From: a virus
Lineage: Duplodnaviria > Caudoviricetes
Strand: one strand, 5' to 3'
Virus record (IMG/VR): IMGVR_UViG_3300009945_000011
Coordinates: 1 to 64,000 of that record
Length of the DNA stretch: 64,000 nucleotides
The notes below the pieces were generated by a model. The model did no database searches, was not told the origin of the DNA, and worked only from the letters and a program-made list of their open reading frames with translations. Position 1 is the first letter of the stretch, and every line of letters begins with the position of its first letter. Made by a program: the position numbers and the translations under genes. Below, piece after piece: positions 1 to 9,416 of the stretch.

Positions 1-2
1 CT

Positions 3-749
3 GTCCAATACACGTTCCGTGATCAGCAACTTTCAGCCGCGTTCGACAAGATTCGCGGCTTATGCCCCCCAGGCTGGCACTGGTATGTTGATCCAGACGG
101 TAAAGTCAATCTTCGCGGTCCTGAACATGTTCAGACACACTTGCTTCGCCTGAGCGTGGAAGTGATGGAGTATGAGAATGAACGATCAGTACGAAACCTG
201 AAGAACCGCATCGTTGTGCGTGGACGAAAGGACGAAGATAAGTCCGAACCAGACGGCCTTGGAACCATTGAGTACATCGCGTTTGATCCTACATCTATTG
301 CCAAGTATGGCTTGCGAGAACTCATTCTTCGCGATGCGAACATCAAGGACCCAGAAACAGCAGAGATTGTCGGAGAAGGAAGACTAGAGGAATATAACCG
401 CGTCGAAGAGGCTGGGCGTGCCTTTATTCCAGACGAGAAGGATATCCGCTTTGCTGGCGGCACCCTCAGAGGATACAACCTCGAAAGCTTTCGGCCTGGC
501 GATTTTGTACGGATCAAAAATCCTATCTCTGGTGATCAACGAACCTACTGGGATCACTTCCTGTGGGATGACGGTACTTGGGATGATCATGTAAGCCGCA
601 TTATCCCAACCGATGTGCCGATAGTCTCTATCAACTACTATGGTGATCACGTGGTTCTTGAACTCAGTGAGCGTCAACCATCGGCAGTAGGTGACTTTGC
701 CCGCCTAGCAAGGTGGCTTCGGTCACAAGACGTAGATACAACCGACTAG
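3..749 (+). CDS. Minor tail protein, C-terminal part (5'-truncated by window)
   Basis: Frame of ORF 141..749 is open back to base 3 (VQYTFRDQQLSAAFDKIRGLCPPGWHWYVDPDG...); NRIVVRG and ELILRDANIKD motifs resemble siphovirus minor tail proteins; lies upstream of lysis genes. Confidence 0.65.
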   Translation, partial: VQYTFRDQQLSAAFDKIRGLCPPGWHWYVDPDGKVNLRGPEHVQTHLLRLSVEVMEYENERSVRNLKNRIVVRGRKDEDKSEPDGLGTIEYIAFDPTSIAKYGLRELILRDANIKDPETAEIVGEGRLEEYNRVEEAGRAFIPDEKDIRFAGGTLRGYNLESFRPGDFVRIKNPISGDQRTYWDHFLWDDGTWDDHVSRIIPTDVPIVSINYYGDHVVLELSERQPSAVGDFARLARWLRSQDVDTTD

Positions 750-758
750 GAGTCACGT

Positions 759-1580
759 ATGGCACTTATTCCGAATACCTTCGAGCCAGGAGAAGTTGCA
801 GCAAGCTCAGAAGTCAACGCAAATTTTCAAGCAATCGCTGATGTTGTTGGCAACGACTCCTCTGCGAGCATAATGAATCTTCCAGGAGACCTGGTTATTG
901 GCCCGCGTGATAATGTACAAATTTCGGCGAAGGGAGACACACAAGCAGGAAGCAGTACGAGTTTTGTTCAGTTTTCATGGAATGCTGAACTTTACAACGA
1001 CGGTTCTTCCTGGAAAGTACGAAGGTTTCTCTCCAATGAACCCGCTACCGCTGTTCGCGTTGGAGGAGAAGGATTCCAGATTTATACAACGAGTAGAACG
1101 AGCGGTGACCTTGAGAAACAATTCACTTGTATTTTCCAGGTTAAGGCAACGACGGGCGATGACTTTGTCTTCATCAAGCCAAGCATCACAAGGAGCGCCG
1201 CTCCTGGAACATCACTGTCTGACTACAGGCTGACACTGGTTCTCTTAGATACGCCAGCGGTTGTTTATGAAAATGTCACGATCAATGCTGGCGTCATTAC
1301 ACGGCGCGTAACCGATTATGGGATACCGACGCAAGCCAAGGCGGTTCTTATTGCGTTCGAGGGTAAGCCAGTCAGCGATGGTCAAGTGCTGTTTACACAA
1401 GCGCGAACAAGCCGCAGCCAGCGATACGGATTCATCGTCTCTGGAATCGCAAGTAAGCAATCCTCTGGTCAAGGTATCGTGCCGCTGGGAACAAGCGGGG
1501 ATTATGTTTCCCGCTTTGTTGAAGATCGCTCGATTCAGTGGAATGTCGCATCCCTCTATATTCAGGGATTCTTCGTATAG
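759..1580 (+). CDS. Putative tail fibre/minor structural protein
   Basis: GGAG SD; N-terminal 'NTFEPGEVAASSEVNANF' is typical of tail-fibre N-termini; last gene of tail module. Confidence 0.55.
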   Translation: MALIPNTFEPGEVAASSEVNANFQAIADVVGNDSSASIMNLPGDLVIGPRDNVQISAKGDTQAGSSTSFVQFSWNAELYNDGSSWKVRRFLSNEPATAVRVGGEGFQIYTTSRTSGDLEKQFTCIFQVKATTGDDFVFIKPSITRSAAPGTSLSDYRLTLVLLDTPAVVYENVTINAGVITRRVTDYGIPTQAKAVLIAFEGKPVSDGQVLFTQARTSRSQRYGFIVSGIASKQSSGQGIVPLGTSGDYVSRFVEDRSIQWNVASLYIQGFFV

Positions 1581-1588
1581 GACTGCCT

Positions 1589-1912
1589 ATGAACGACCAC
1601 AATGGCGTCAGTACAAAGGATCATCTTGTGGCTCTTATTGAGCAACTTAAAGATTCCATAACTGATCAGATTGCAGAGCTTCGTGATGATATTAAATACA
1701 TGCAGACCAACTTTGTAACGAGAGCCGAACACGATCTCATCGTCTCTTTTTTGAAGAAGGAAATTGATAGAGTCGAACGCGAATCCCGAAATCAACTACG
1801 TGACTATCTCGACAGTAGAGAAAAACATGCAGCTAAAATGATAGGAATCTCCGCTATTATAGCAAGTATTGTTGTTGCTATTATTGAGACGGTTATTAGT
1901 GTATTGAGGTAA
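1589..1912 (+). CDS. Coiled-coil protein with C-terminal TM helix (holin-like/lysis accessory)
   Basis: ATG 1589; helical body plus hydrophobic tail MIGISAIIASIVVAIIETVISVL; directly before the endolysin. Confidence 0.55.
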   Translation: MNDHNGVSTKDHLVALIEQLKDSITDQIAELRDDIKYMQTNFVTRAEHDLIVSFLKKEIDRVERESRNQLRDYLDSREKHAAKMIGISAIIASIVVAIIETVISVLR

Positions 1913-1914
1913 CG

Positions 1915-3666
1915 ATGTCAACGCCAATATTTGGACCAGCGAGCGGCCCAAAAGAGGCCGCTCTTTGTTATGCACGCGCTGTTAGGGCAAAGAGACTACC
2001 AGAGGTTGAGCAATTCATCAACGAGCTTTACCGTCTTGGTAGCTTGGTCGGCATTGATCCATTTCTCCTAGTTGCTCAGTCAGCACACGAAACAGGTGAC
2101 CCCGTTACTGGTGCTGGCTGGCAGTCTCTCGCGTGGGAACAACGCCTTAACCCAGCAGGAATCGGTATTACTGACGGACACGACTACGGGTATGCCTTCG
2201 CCTCTGGCGTGGATGCGGCAAGGGCATTGATTGCTCACCACATTGCCTACACAGTCGGAAACGTGATCCCCCTCATTGCTGATTTTGTCCACCTTGATCC
2301 ACGCTGGGATGCTGTTTTCCAGAGCGGATTCGCTGGAACTGTTCGGTACTGGGAAGATTATGGTCATGGAAAGTGGGCCTCTGATCCGAACTATGCAACA
2401 AAGATATTAGATAAGGCTCGTATTATTCGATCGTATTACAACGAAGGAGGCACGAAGATGCCTAATATTTATGATTGGTGGCTTCATGAGGACCGCTGGG
2501 TAGGAGGGCAGTTCTATCCAGCAGTCAAGAGATACTATACAAATCGCGCTGGATACAAGCCCAAAGTAATCGTGATTCACATTCAACAAGGTTCCAATTT
2601 GGGTTCTTGGATTCATTTTCACAATGTGACCGCAAGCTGCACAGTCATGGTTGCCAAGAATGGGGATATATGGCGTGTCGTACCAGAGGAACACGCGCCG
2701 TGGACCAATGGAGATGTGTGTTCTCCCACGCCAAAGGGCGTGGAAATCATGAACCAGTATGGATGGGACCCGAATTACTACACCCTATCTATTGAAACAG
2801 AAGGCTTTACTGACGAATGGCCAAAACCACAGGCACAGCTTGAGAGCGTTCTTTGGCAAGTTAAGGACTGGATGAAGCGGTACGGAATTCCAAAGTCGCA
2901 CATTGTGAGGCATGCGGATTTCAATCAGTGTGACCGCTCACGGTGCCCAGGTGATGCCTACTTCAAGTGGCTTATGGACCGCATTGATGATGCTGATGCT
3001 GGTACTCCGCTCTATGCTGAACCACAACCAATCATCGTTGATGGAAAGACGTGGGACGGTACCAGCGACGTTGTGGTCAACGGGATCACATTCCACGGCG
3101 AGCAACGAGAAATCACTGTCGAAAAAGACGGCCTGCGTGCTCATAAGTGGGCATCAAAAGAATCGCCTCTGACACGCGCTCCGCTCAAGAAAGGGGAAAA
3201 GTTCCGCACGCTTGGTTGGGTTAAGGGCGAGAAAGTAAGCACTGAGGATCGGTGGTGGGTAGCAGTTGACTGGTCACGAATTTGGGCTGGTGGTACCGTT
3301 GAAAAACCAGGTGACCAGGTCAACCCCGCGCCACAACCAGAACTCCAGCCAGCGCCAAATGATAACGACGGTGATACGTCGCAATCAGATGAAGCTCCAC
3401 GCACGCGCTTCGGACTTGTGCATTACCGCGTCGGTCCAGACGGTAAGGGACGGAAAATTGCTGTCGTCAAGCAAGCAGTGGTGCGCCAGGTACCGCTTAC
3501 GGGAACGAACGTTGTGACCAAGGTCAACCCAGGGGACATCCTCACTGCTGTCGAGTGGACAAGATCGGCTGATGTTCATGGTGAGGACGTGTGGTGGCGC
3601 GTCAAAATTGATGATGGACGATATGGTTATCTCTGGGTAGCTGCAACTGATAGCAGGCCGTATTAG
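1915..3666 (+). CDS. Modular endolysin: glucosaminidase-like + Amidase_2 + two SH3-like binding repeats
   Basis: AQSAHETG...NPAGIG...WASDPNY (GH73-like); VIVIHI, SCTVMV, HAPWTNG, SIETEG, HADF...CPG (amidase_2); repeated WW-x-V...W units at C-terminus. Confidence 0.85.
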   Translation: MSTPIFGPASGPKEAALCYARAVRAKRLPEVEQFINELYRLGSLVGIDPFLLVAQSAHETGDPVTGAGWQSLAWEQRLNPAGIGITDGHDYGYAFASGVDAARALIAHHIAYTVGNVIPLIADFVHLDPRWDAVFQSGFAGTVRYWEDYGHGKWASDPNYATKILDKARIIRSYYNEGGTKMPNIYDWWLHEDRWVGGQFYPAVKRYYTNRAGYKPKVIVIHIQQGSNLGSWIHFHNVTASCTVMVAKNGDIWRVVPEEHAPWTNGDVCSPTPKGVEIMNQYGWDPNYYTLSIETEGFTDEWPKPQAQLESVLWQVKDWMKRYGIPKSHIVRHADFNQCDRSRCPGDAYFKWLMDRIDDADAGTPLYAEPQPIIVDGKTWDGTSDVVVNGITFHGEQREITVEKDGLRAHKWASKESPLTRAPLKKGEKFRTLGWVKGEKVSTEDRWWVAVDWSRIWAGGTVEKPGDQVNPAPQPELQPAPNDNDGDTSQSDEAPRTRFGLVHYRVGPDGKGRKIAVVKQAVVRQVPLTGTNVVTKVNPGDILTAVEWTRSADVHGEDVWWRVKIDDGRYGYLWVAATDSRPY

Positions 3667-3676
3667 GAGGGTACCA

Positions 3677-3940
3677 ATGAAAACAAAGCCAGGAACTATC
3701 TTTGGTAGAAACCCGCTTTTGTTCTACATGCTAATCCAGGCACTCATTGGCTTGATTGTGTCGCTAGGATTTGATCTCAGCGGGGAAACCGTTTACTACA
3801 TCATGCTTGTATCGAACATTGTCCTGACAATTATTGCTAATACACAGGTCGTTCCTCTGCCGATTGCGCAAGAGAAGATCAACGAAGCTTTGATGACTCC
3901 CCCTCCTGTTGCTACAACCAATAAGCAGAGAAACGATTAA
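3677..3940 (+). CDS. Holin
   Basis: 87 aa, two hydrophobic helices, AGGAGG SD, directly after the endolysin. Confidence 0.7.
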   Translation: MKTKPGTIFGRNPLLFYMLIQALIGLIVSLGFDLSGETVYYIMLVSNIVLTIIANTQVVPLPIAQEKINEALMTPPPVATTNKQRND

Positions 3941-3952
3941 TACTAACCTTGG

Positions 3953-3976
3953 TTCTAAGCGGCTAGCCGCTTAGAA
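3953..3976. terminator. Perfect 24-bp palindrome/hairpin after holin
   Basis: TTCTAAGCGG-CTAG-CCGCTTAGAA between convergent genes. Confidence 0.6.
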
Positions 3977-4023
3977 TATCCCTACTAACCGCCTTGCAGG
4001 AGTGACCGCCCTGCAAGAAGCAC

Positions 4024-4060
4024 GCGCCCTTGTGGAGACTACCCACAAGGGCGCTTTTTT
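4024..4060 (+). terminator. Intrinsic terminator of the late operon
   Basis: 12-bp stem GCGCCCTTGTGG/CCACAAGGGCGC, 7-nt loop, followed by T6. Confidence 0.85.
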
Positions 4061-4062
4061 GT

Positions 4063-4578
4063 TTATTCTGGTTTACACGCTGTCCTTTTCCAGGACCCAT
4101 ACTCTTCGAAATACGACTGGAACAATTGTGTTTCGTTCATTATTTGATCAATTTTCTCCATTGGCATTGATAACTTTCCGTCCTTACTAATGAGCTTTGC
4201 TGGAGTAGTACCTGGTTTAAGCGAAACTTCCATAATTACTAAAGCATACATGTTAGGATTTATTAGCTCGTCTGCGCTCCAATACGTATGCGCAGCATAG
4301 TGTAAGCCTTTTTCGTCTTCTACTAGAAGAAAAGGATCAAGGGTGTTGAATGTAAACAACTGAGGTTCTGTTGTTTTGTTCTTAAGGGTAAACTCAACGA
4401 ATATCGTTATTTCTGACGAATATGGAGCATAGCTCCACTCTACTCCAATAGGAAATTCCCACGTGTCCCAAAACGAATGCTCTTCTTCCTCGCTAAGTGA
4501 AGATGGCGAGGTGTTGAAAACCAGCGCCAAGACAACAAGAACAACTCCTAGCTTCCAGGTCTTTCGAATGATGGACAC
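4063..4578 (-). CDS. Exported/membrane-anchored protein, DUF4352-like
   Basis: N-terminal signal/TM segment; 'VEFTLKNKT...F.LVEDEKG..Y' Ig-like pattern; AAGGAGG SD. Confidence 0.55.
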   Translation of the reverse strand: MSIIRKTWKLGVVLVVLALVFNTSPSSLSEEEEHSFWDTWEFPIGVEWSYAPYSSEITIFVEFTLKNKTTEPQLFTFNTLDPFLLVEDEKGLHYAAHTYWSADELINPNMYALVIMEVSLKPGTTPAKLISKDGKLSMPMEKIDQIMNETQLFQSYFEEYGSWKRTACKPE

Positions 4579-4617
4579 GTGGACCTCCTTTCTATGGGCA
4601 CATAGACTTTCGCGCCG

Positions 4618-4974
4618 TCACTGAGTTGTCCTTGACCTCCCTATCCCAAGTCCCGCTTCCCACAAGCCAAAATGGATAGCCATAAATACATCAGGGGACC
4701 AGGCAAGGTATAGGCCAACTCCTGGTTGGGCTTGGTCAAATCTAGTCCACATTTCGCGGTTTCCGACCCGTTTCCACCAGAACTTTGGGTCATGGTAACG
4801 CTCACCAAGCCACCTTATGCCAACACCAAGTCTAATCTCGACAAACCCCAGGGACAATGACAGGTCAATAGGCCACGCTTGGATGTCTATTCCAACGCGC
4901 CGCTCTGTTGTCATCAATGCGAAGTAGGCATAGCAACGATTTCGAAATGCCTGCATGCTGCGGTAAACAATCAT
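4618..4974 (-). CDS. Hypothetical protein (Trp/Gly-rich)
   Basis: ORF coupled to upstream gene by ATGA overlap. Confidence 0.55.
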   Translation of the reverse strand: MIVYRSMQAFRNRCYAYFALMTTERRVGIDIQAWPIDLSLSLGFVEIRLGVGIRWLGERYHDPKFWWKRVGNREMWTRFDQAQPGVGLYLAWSPDVFMAIHFGLWEAGLGIGRSRTTQ

Positions 4975-5240
4975 GAAGAAGACTCCATGTTAGGCTGGCT
5001 GGGTTGAATCTTCGCCTCGTAGAGCGTGTATTCGACTTCAAGAAGATGCTTATTGATAAATTCTACGATCTTTACTAGCTCCCTTGACGAAAGACTTGTG
5101 AACACCATGGCTGCACTTGCTCCTGGATCACAACCTTCCTTGAGATGCAGGATCAACCTGTGCTTAGTCTCATTTGGATAATTGAGAACAAGCGTAAGTT
5201 CGATTGCGTCAAGGTCTACCATCGAGGTGATCGTGTGCAT
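4971..5240 (-). CDS. Hypothetical protein
   Basis: ORF packed directly downstream of the integrase. Confidence 0.6.
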   Translation of the reverse strand: MHTITSMVDLDAIELTLVLNYPNETKHRLILHLKEGCDPGASAAMVFTSLSSRELVKIVEFINKHLLEVEYTLYEAKIQPSQPNMESSS

Positions 5241-5248
5241 AAGTCATC

Positions 5249-6934
5249 CTAAGCAGCGATGATAATGGTTCCTGGTTCCTCGCTGTTCATGACGAGGGTT
5301 AGTGCGTATCCTGATAACCATTGTTGGGAGTGGTTATCAGGATACGCATCATTGTTGACACTGACGTACTCTCCTCCTGGACGAACCCTAAATCGTAACT
5401 CCCAGCGTGGGACGTGGTTTGTTGCATAAAGACGGACATCGGCTTCTAACGCCATGAGGAACTTTCGCTTGATACTCGCGGGAACATGATCTTTATATTC
5501 GGTCAACAGTCGTGACAACTCGCCAACGCTCAGCAAGAAGGGTTCCGCATGATTGAGAGCCGCGAGCTTCCCTTGTTGCTCTTCTCGCATCCTCGCAAGC
5601 GTATCAAGCTGGTCCGCAAGTTCATCAATCTGTGACCGAATCACAGCCCTTGCTCGCTCATTACGAAGCCCAACAAGATCAGCGGCAAGGTGACTCATCT
5701 CGGCTTCAATCTCTGCCAGACGGCGATCAATCGTCGCAAGCGACTCGCTGGCATTCTTCCGCTGCTCGCTGTTCCGATACTTGAGCCGCTGCGCAATCTC
5801 GCTCGGATCGTTGATTACAGCAACGACCGCGTTCCAGACAGCAGCATCAAGGTCCTTTGCTTGCATGCCGTAGGCAGGGCATCCATACCGTGTACGATTG
5901 ACAGCAGAACACGAATAAATTGAGTAGTCAACTGTGGCACCGTCTCTTCTTTCTCTTCTTCTCGCCGTGTATGCCAGCGAGTGTCCACAATATCCACACT
6001 TCCCTATCCCACCACGCAAAAGACCGCCTTCGGGATTCACTCGCGGTTTTTTGGCATAGACCCGATGACGGGCAACCATAGCACGCATCGTTTCCACATC
6101 TTGCTGTGACCAAATTGGTTCAACGGGCGCGATCCATGTGTATTCATCTGGAGCACGGCCAGACCTCTTTTTCTTTCCATTAACATGCTGGGTCTTTGTC
6201 TTGCTCACAGCAGGTCTGCCAGTATGGATCGGATTGAAGATGATCTTTTTGATTGAGGTCCCATACCACTGCGCAGCCTTACCTTCTCTACTCGTGGTTG
6301 GAGCCGCGATTCCAAGGGCATTGAGCCGCATTGCAACTTGCCGTAGAGAGTTACCAGCAAGAATCAGATCACGAATCTGAAGCAGCACAGCTACCTCATC
6401 TGGCTTCTGGCGAAACCCAACGCGGTTGCCGTGACTATCGTAAACAATCTCCCAGCCATACGGAGCCGAGCCACCAAGAGGAAGCCCCTTGCGAACACGT
6501 TCAAGAAGTCCTAGCCGCATTCGCTGGAGAATGTTCATCTTCTCGCGCTCGGCCACATAGCTGTTGATACTAATGATGAGCTTTCCTTCAGGTGTATCCT
6601 CAAAGTTCTCGGCAGCGAGAAGAAACGTTGCGCCAGCACGTTCAATCTCAGTAAGAAATGCGCCGATGTGCGCCTGGTTCCTACTAACGCGGTCTAGTTT
6701 CCAGGCAATGATGCCATCAATCTCTTTCTTTCTAACAGCTATCAGGAGGCTTTGAAGCCTGGTGCGCTCGAACCAAAACGCACCACTGAATACTTCGTGG
6801 ACCACATGGTGTTCGGAGACAGCGTGACCATGCGCAGCGAGATACGCTCTGCACTCGCGCTCTTGAGCCTCCAGTGAGTAGTTATCTTCTTGATGGTCAG
6901 TGCTGACGCGACAATAGATACCAAAACGCGCCAT
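5249..6934 (-). CDS. Large serine recombinase (integrase)
   Basis: IYCRVST catalytic Ser motif, VHEVFSG, KLDRVSRN, recombinase domain (APYGW), Zn ribbon (CGYCG...YSCS...C), coiled coil; start re-called at ATG 6934 with GAGGA SD. Confidence 0.93.
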   Translation of the reverse strand: MARFGIYCRVSTDHQEDNYSLEAQERECRAYLAAHGHAVSEHHVVHEVFSGAFWFERTRLQSLLIAVRKKEIDGIIAWKLDRVSRNQAHIGAFLTEIERAGATFLLAAENFEDTPEGKLIISINSYVAEREKMNILQRMRLGLLERVRKGLPLGGSAPYGWEIVYDSHGNRVGFRQKPDEVAVLLQIRDLILAGNSLRQVAMRLNALGIAAPTTSREGKAAQWYGTSIKKIIFNPIHTGRPAVSKTKTQHVNGKKKRSGRAPDEYTWIAPVEPIWSQQDVETMRAMVARHRVYAKKPRVNPEGGLLRGGIGKCGYCGHSLAYTARRRERRDGATVDYSIYSCSAVNRTRYGCPAYGMQAKDLDAAVWNAVVAVINDPSEIAQRLKYRNSEQRKNASESLATIDRRLAEIEAEMSHLAADLVGLRNERARAVIRSQIDELADQLDTLARMREEQQGKLAALNHAEPFLLSVGELSRLLTEYKDHVPASIKRKFLMALEADVRLYATNHVPRWELRFRVRPGGEYVSVNNDAYPDNHSQQWLSGYALTLVMNSEEPGTIIIAA

Positions 6935-6957
6935 CGTTCCTCTCGCTGCCGCACCAG

Positions 6958-7161
6958 TTATGTGCAAACGCGCACAAATGGTAAGAGCATCCTAACAAAT
7001 TCCACGCGCCTCCCGTCTGGTGTATCTTCAATCTCGTCAAACTCCCCAGCCTCATAGCGGCGCAGGAATTCGTCTCCAGATATACCTAGCAGATACCTGG
7101 CAGTACTGTCAAACAGGCGCTTAGACTCTTCCTCGCTCAAGAAGATGTCATTGTTGTTCAT
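6958..7161 (-). CDS. Small protein, paralog of 7148..7354
   Basis: FD-x-x-AR-x-LLGISGDEFLRRYEAG motif. Confidence 0.75.
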   Translation of the reverse strand: MNNNDIFLSEEESKRLFDSTARYLLGISGDEFLRRYEAGEFDEIEDTPDGRRVEFVRMLLPFVRVCT

Positions 7162-7354
7162 TTTGTTGCAGCCGGTGTTTCATAAGAACAGGAACGATCA
7201 ACTTTGCCAATGATAGGTTTTTACTTTCTTCGGTATCTGGAGGATACGATGGAAGGTCTCCAGCATTATAACGACGCACAAACTCTTCTCCAGGCATACC
7301 AGTTAGCGCTCTTATATGTGCGTCAAAAAGAATCTCGGCAATCTCGTCCTTCAT
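7148..7354 (-). CDS. Small protein, paralog of 6958..7161
   Basis: FDAHIRALTGMPGEEFVRRYNAG motif. Confidence 0.75.
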   Translation of the reverse strand: MKDEIAEILFDAHIRALTGMPGEEFVRRYNAGDLPSYPPDTEESKNLSLAKLIVPVLMKHRLQQNEQQ

Positions 7355-7482
7355 GCCACAAGCTCCTCATCATCATTATCGTCATGTTGGGTGTCCTGCT
7401 CCTCATTTCGCATGAGTAACAAAAAGTGTACGAGTTCTGACCACGCTTCGTCATAAAGATGCTCTGTATATTCACTCATCAT
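7351..7482 (-). CDS. Small acidic hypothetical protein (43 aa, not in ORF track)
   Basis: MMSEYTEHLYDEAWSELVHFLLLMRNEEQDTQHDDNDDEELVA*; ATGA overlap with the next gene. Confidence 0.55.
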   Translation of the reverse strand: MMSEYTEHLYDEAWSELVHFLLLMRNEEQDTQHDDNDDEELVA

Positions 7483-7544
7483 TCACACCACTCATTCAAT
7501 ATATATCCCTAAACCATCACGTTCCAACTGTCTCGCCTGTTGTG

Positions 7545-7919
7545 TTACACCCAAAATGCTCGGAAGTTCCTAGCAAGTTTCTCTAAGGCATCATAAACGA
7601 GTACATCTGCATCGTCCATCATGTGGTCATTAGCGTCATCATCACAGTATACTGCCATGAGTTTCATCACAATGTCATCAATCATCATGTCCCACTGCTT
7701 CTCCGCCTCGTCGGTCTTGGACCAGTTATCCATAGGATAAAACGAAACATAGGGGAACTTCCCGCCATTGTTCTTGAATTTAGGAAGAGACCGAATCAAT
7801 ATTGAGGCCAGATATTCATCAAACTCGTACAAATCAACATCAGCAACGCCATACCGTGCTCGCTGGTACCACTCACGAATCTTGCGGAGAACACGCACGA
7901 CACACGATCGTCTTATCAT
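7545..7919 (-). CDS. Phage hypothetical protein
   Basis: ATGA-coupled to the SNase gene. Confidence 0.65.
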   Translation of the reverse strand: MIRRSCVVRVLRKIREWYQRARYGVADVDLYEFDEYLASILIRSLPKFKNNGGKFPYVSFYPMDNWSKTDEAEKQWDMMIDDIVMKLMAVYCDDDANDHMMDDADVLVYDALEKLARNFRAFWV

Positions 7920-8305
7920 TCCGAGCGGCCCTTTCCTGTATATTTCCGAACCAATCCTCGCTCAAGCATAACGTCATTAAAACAGGTCATTCCGTCAAGT
8001 GACCAGAATTCAGCGAGATAGCGGCCATACTTCTCCCTTTCCTCGCTTCCTCTTGTGGTCTTTCGCGTTCGAATCAAGCACCTTGATCCTGGAGGAAGAA
8101 GTTCATTCAGCACAGCCAGCGCCTTCTGTCCTTCTGGTGTCGTCCTATGAGGAGCATCAATACCGTCCCAGCGTAATCCATCGGGATATGTAAATGTTAC
8201 GTGAAACCCAAGGTCACAGGCGATGACAGTTGTGTCGGCGTCTTTATGCCGCAGAACCGTCGCAACGTAGAAATTATATTGATAAATATCACTTACGGAA
8301 ACCAT
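7916..8305 (-). CDS. Thermonuclease (SNase-like)
   Basis: DADT, LRWDGIDAP, KYGRYLAE and L.ERGLVRKY motifs of the staphylococcal nuclease fold; start re-called at ATG 8305. Confidence 0.85.
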   Translation of the reverse strand: MVSVSDIYQYNFYVATVLRHKDADTTVIACDLGFHVTFTYPDGLRWDGIDAPHRTTPEGQKALAVLNELLPPGSRCLIRTRKTTRGSEEREKYGRYLAEFWSLDGMTCFNDVMLERGLVRKYTGKGRSE

Positions 8306-9416
8306 TCGTATGATCCCTCGATAGTCTTTCCTCAAAATCACTTTGCGCCTGGAACCAAGTGAGGTTATTAAGGATGGTATCGCGGGCAACCAGCGTATTG
8401 ACCAGCCTTTCCCAATCCTTGCCGTGGTAACGAGCGAACAAAATCGGTTGTAGCTGCGGGGGCTGAGACTTTACATAGTCCACAAAAGCACGTTTGTCAC
8501 TCGGAGCGTCATTCATCAGGGATTCTACACGCGAAACAATCTCCTCTTTGTAGAGAACAAGTTCATCAATGGTTCTCCTCACCCATTGCTGAAAGAGCGC
8601 TGGTGTGCCGTGAATAAGGCGCTCGATTCCTTCTTCTCCCTCATGACAGACCACGTCCCAAATCTTCCCAACATTGAGTTGCGTTAGTAGGCTGTGTAGC
8701 CGCTGATACGTATTACTCTTGATCTTCAGTCTTGTTCCGTCAGCGTACCGAATGACGACTCCCTCGTAAGCACTTGGTAACTCTTTTGCAAAAGCCACGG
8801 TATCATGGATGTTGTTCTGATCGCGGGCCAGTGTTTTGATAACTGGTCCAGGCCACGGCGACATTTCAAGGGGGTGTTCTTCACCTGTTGCCGTGTCAAA
8901 CCAGGCAAGGAGAACAAGCTTGGGTTCTGGTCCATAATCAATTACGACACGATGATGAGGATGAAGAAGTTCAAAACAAAATGTCTTTCCTGGATACTTT
9001 TCTACCCACGACGTTCCGTACACCGATGAAAGGAGTTCCTTCGCGGCCTTAACGTGTGGAGAAACGAAGCTCCCTCGGCTCGTGACTAACACCCCAGTTT
9101 TTTGCCAAGAAACGGTAATAAGTGATCCATCTAGTTTTTCAAACACAGTGTAAGGCTTTCTGGGAAAATAAATACCCATTCTGATCCACTCTTCAAAAGA
9201 GAAAAACTTTGGGAATGGCCGCACAATGATTCGACCATTTTCGTCCAAAACAAGACCGCGGGCGATTATTGTCAACCAGTCCCAGCATTTTCGTGCCTGG
9301 CAACGGGGAGTATAGTTAACAACAATGTATGGATGTATCGGGTGTCGTTGCGATTTAATCAAACCGTCGCGTTCATAATCATCCAATATGGTTCTTGGTA
9401 TTCTCGCGATTGTCAT
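8289..9416 (-). CDS. T4 Rnl1-like RNA ligase
   Basis: NYT..C, ARGLVLD, RPFPKFF, EKLDGSL (motif I Lys), SRGSF, FELL, EGVVI, LKIKS; GGAGG SD. Confidence 0.9.
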   Translation of the reverse strand: MTIARIPRTILDDYERDGLIKSQRHPIHPYIVVNYTPRCQARKCWDWLTIIARGLVLDENGRIIVRPFPKFFSFEEWIRMGIYFPRKPYTVFEKLDGSLITVSWQKTGVLVTSRGSFVSPHVKAAKELLSSVYGTSWVEKYPGKTFCFELLHPHHRVVIDYGPEPKLVLLAWFDTATGEEHPLEMSPWPGPVIKTLARDQNNIHDTVAFAKELPSAYEGVVIRYADGTRLKIKSNTYQRLHSLLTQLNVGKIWDVVCHEGEEGIERLIHGTPALFQQWVRRTIDELVLYKEEIVSRVESLMNDAPSDKRAFVDYVKSQPPQLQPILFARYHGKDWERLVNTLVARDTILNNLTWFQAQSDFEERLSRDHTNGFRK

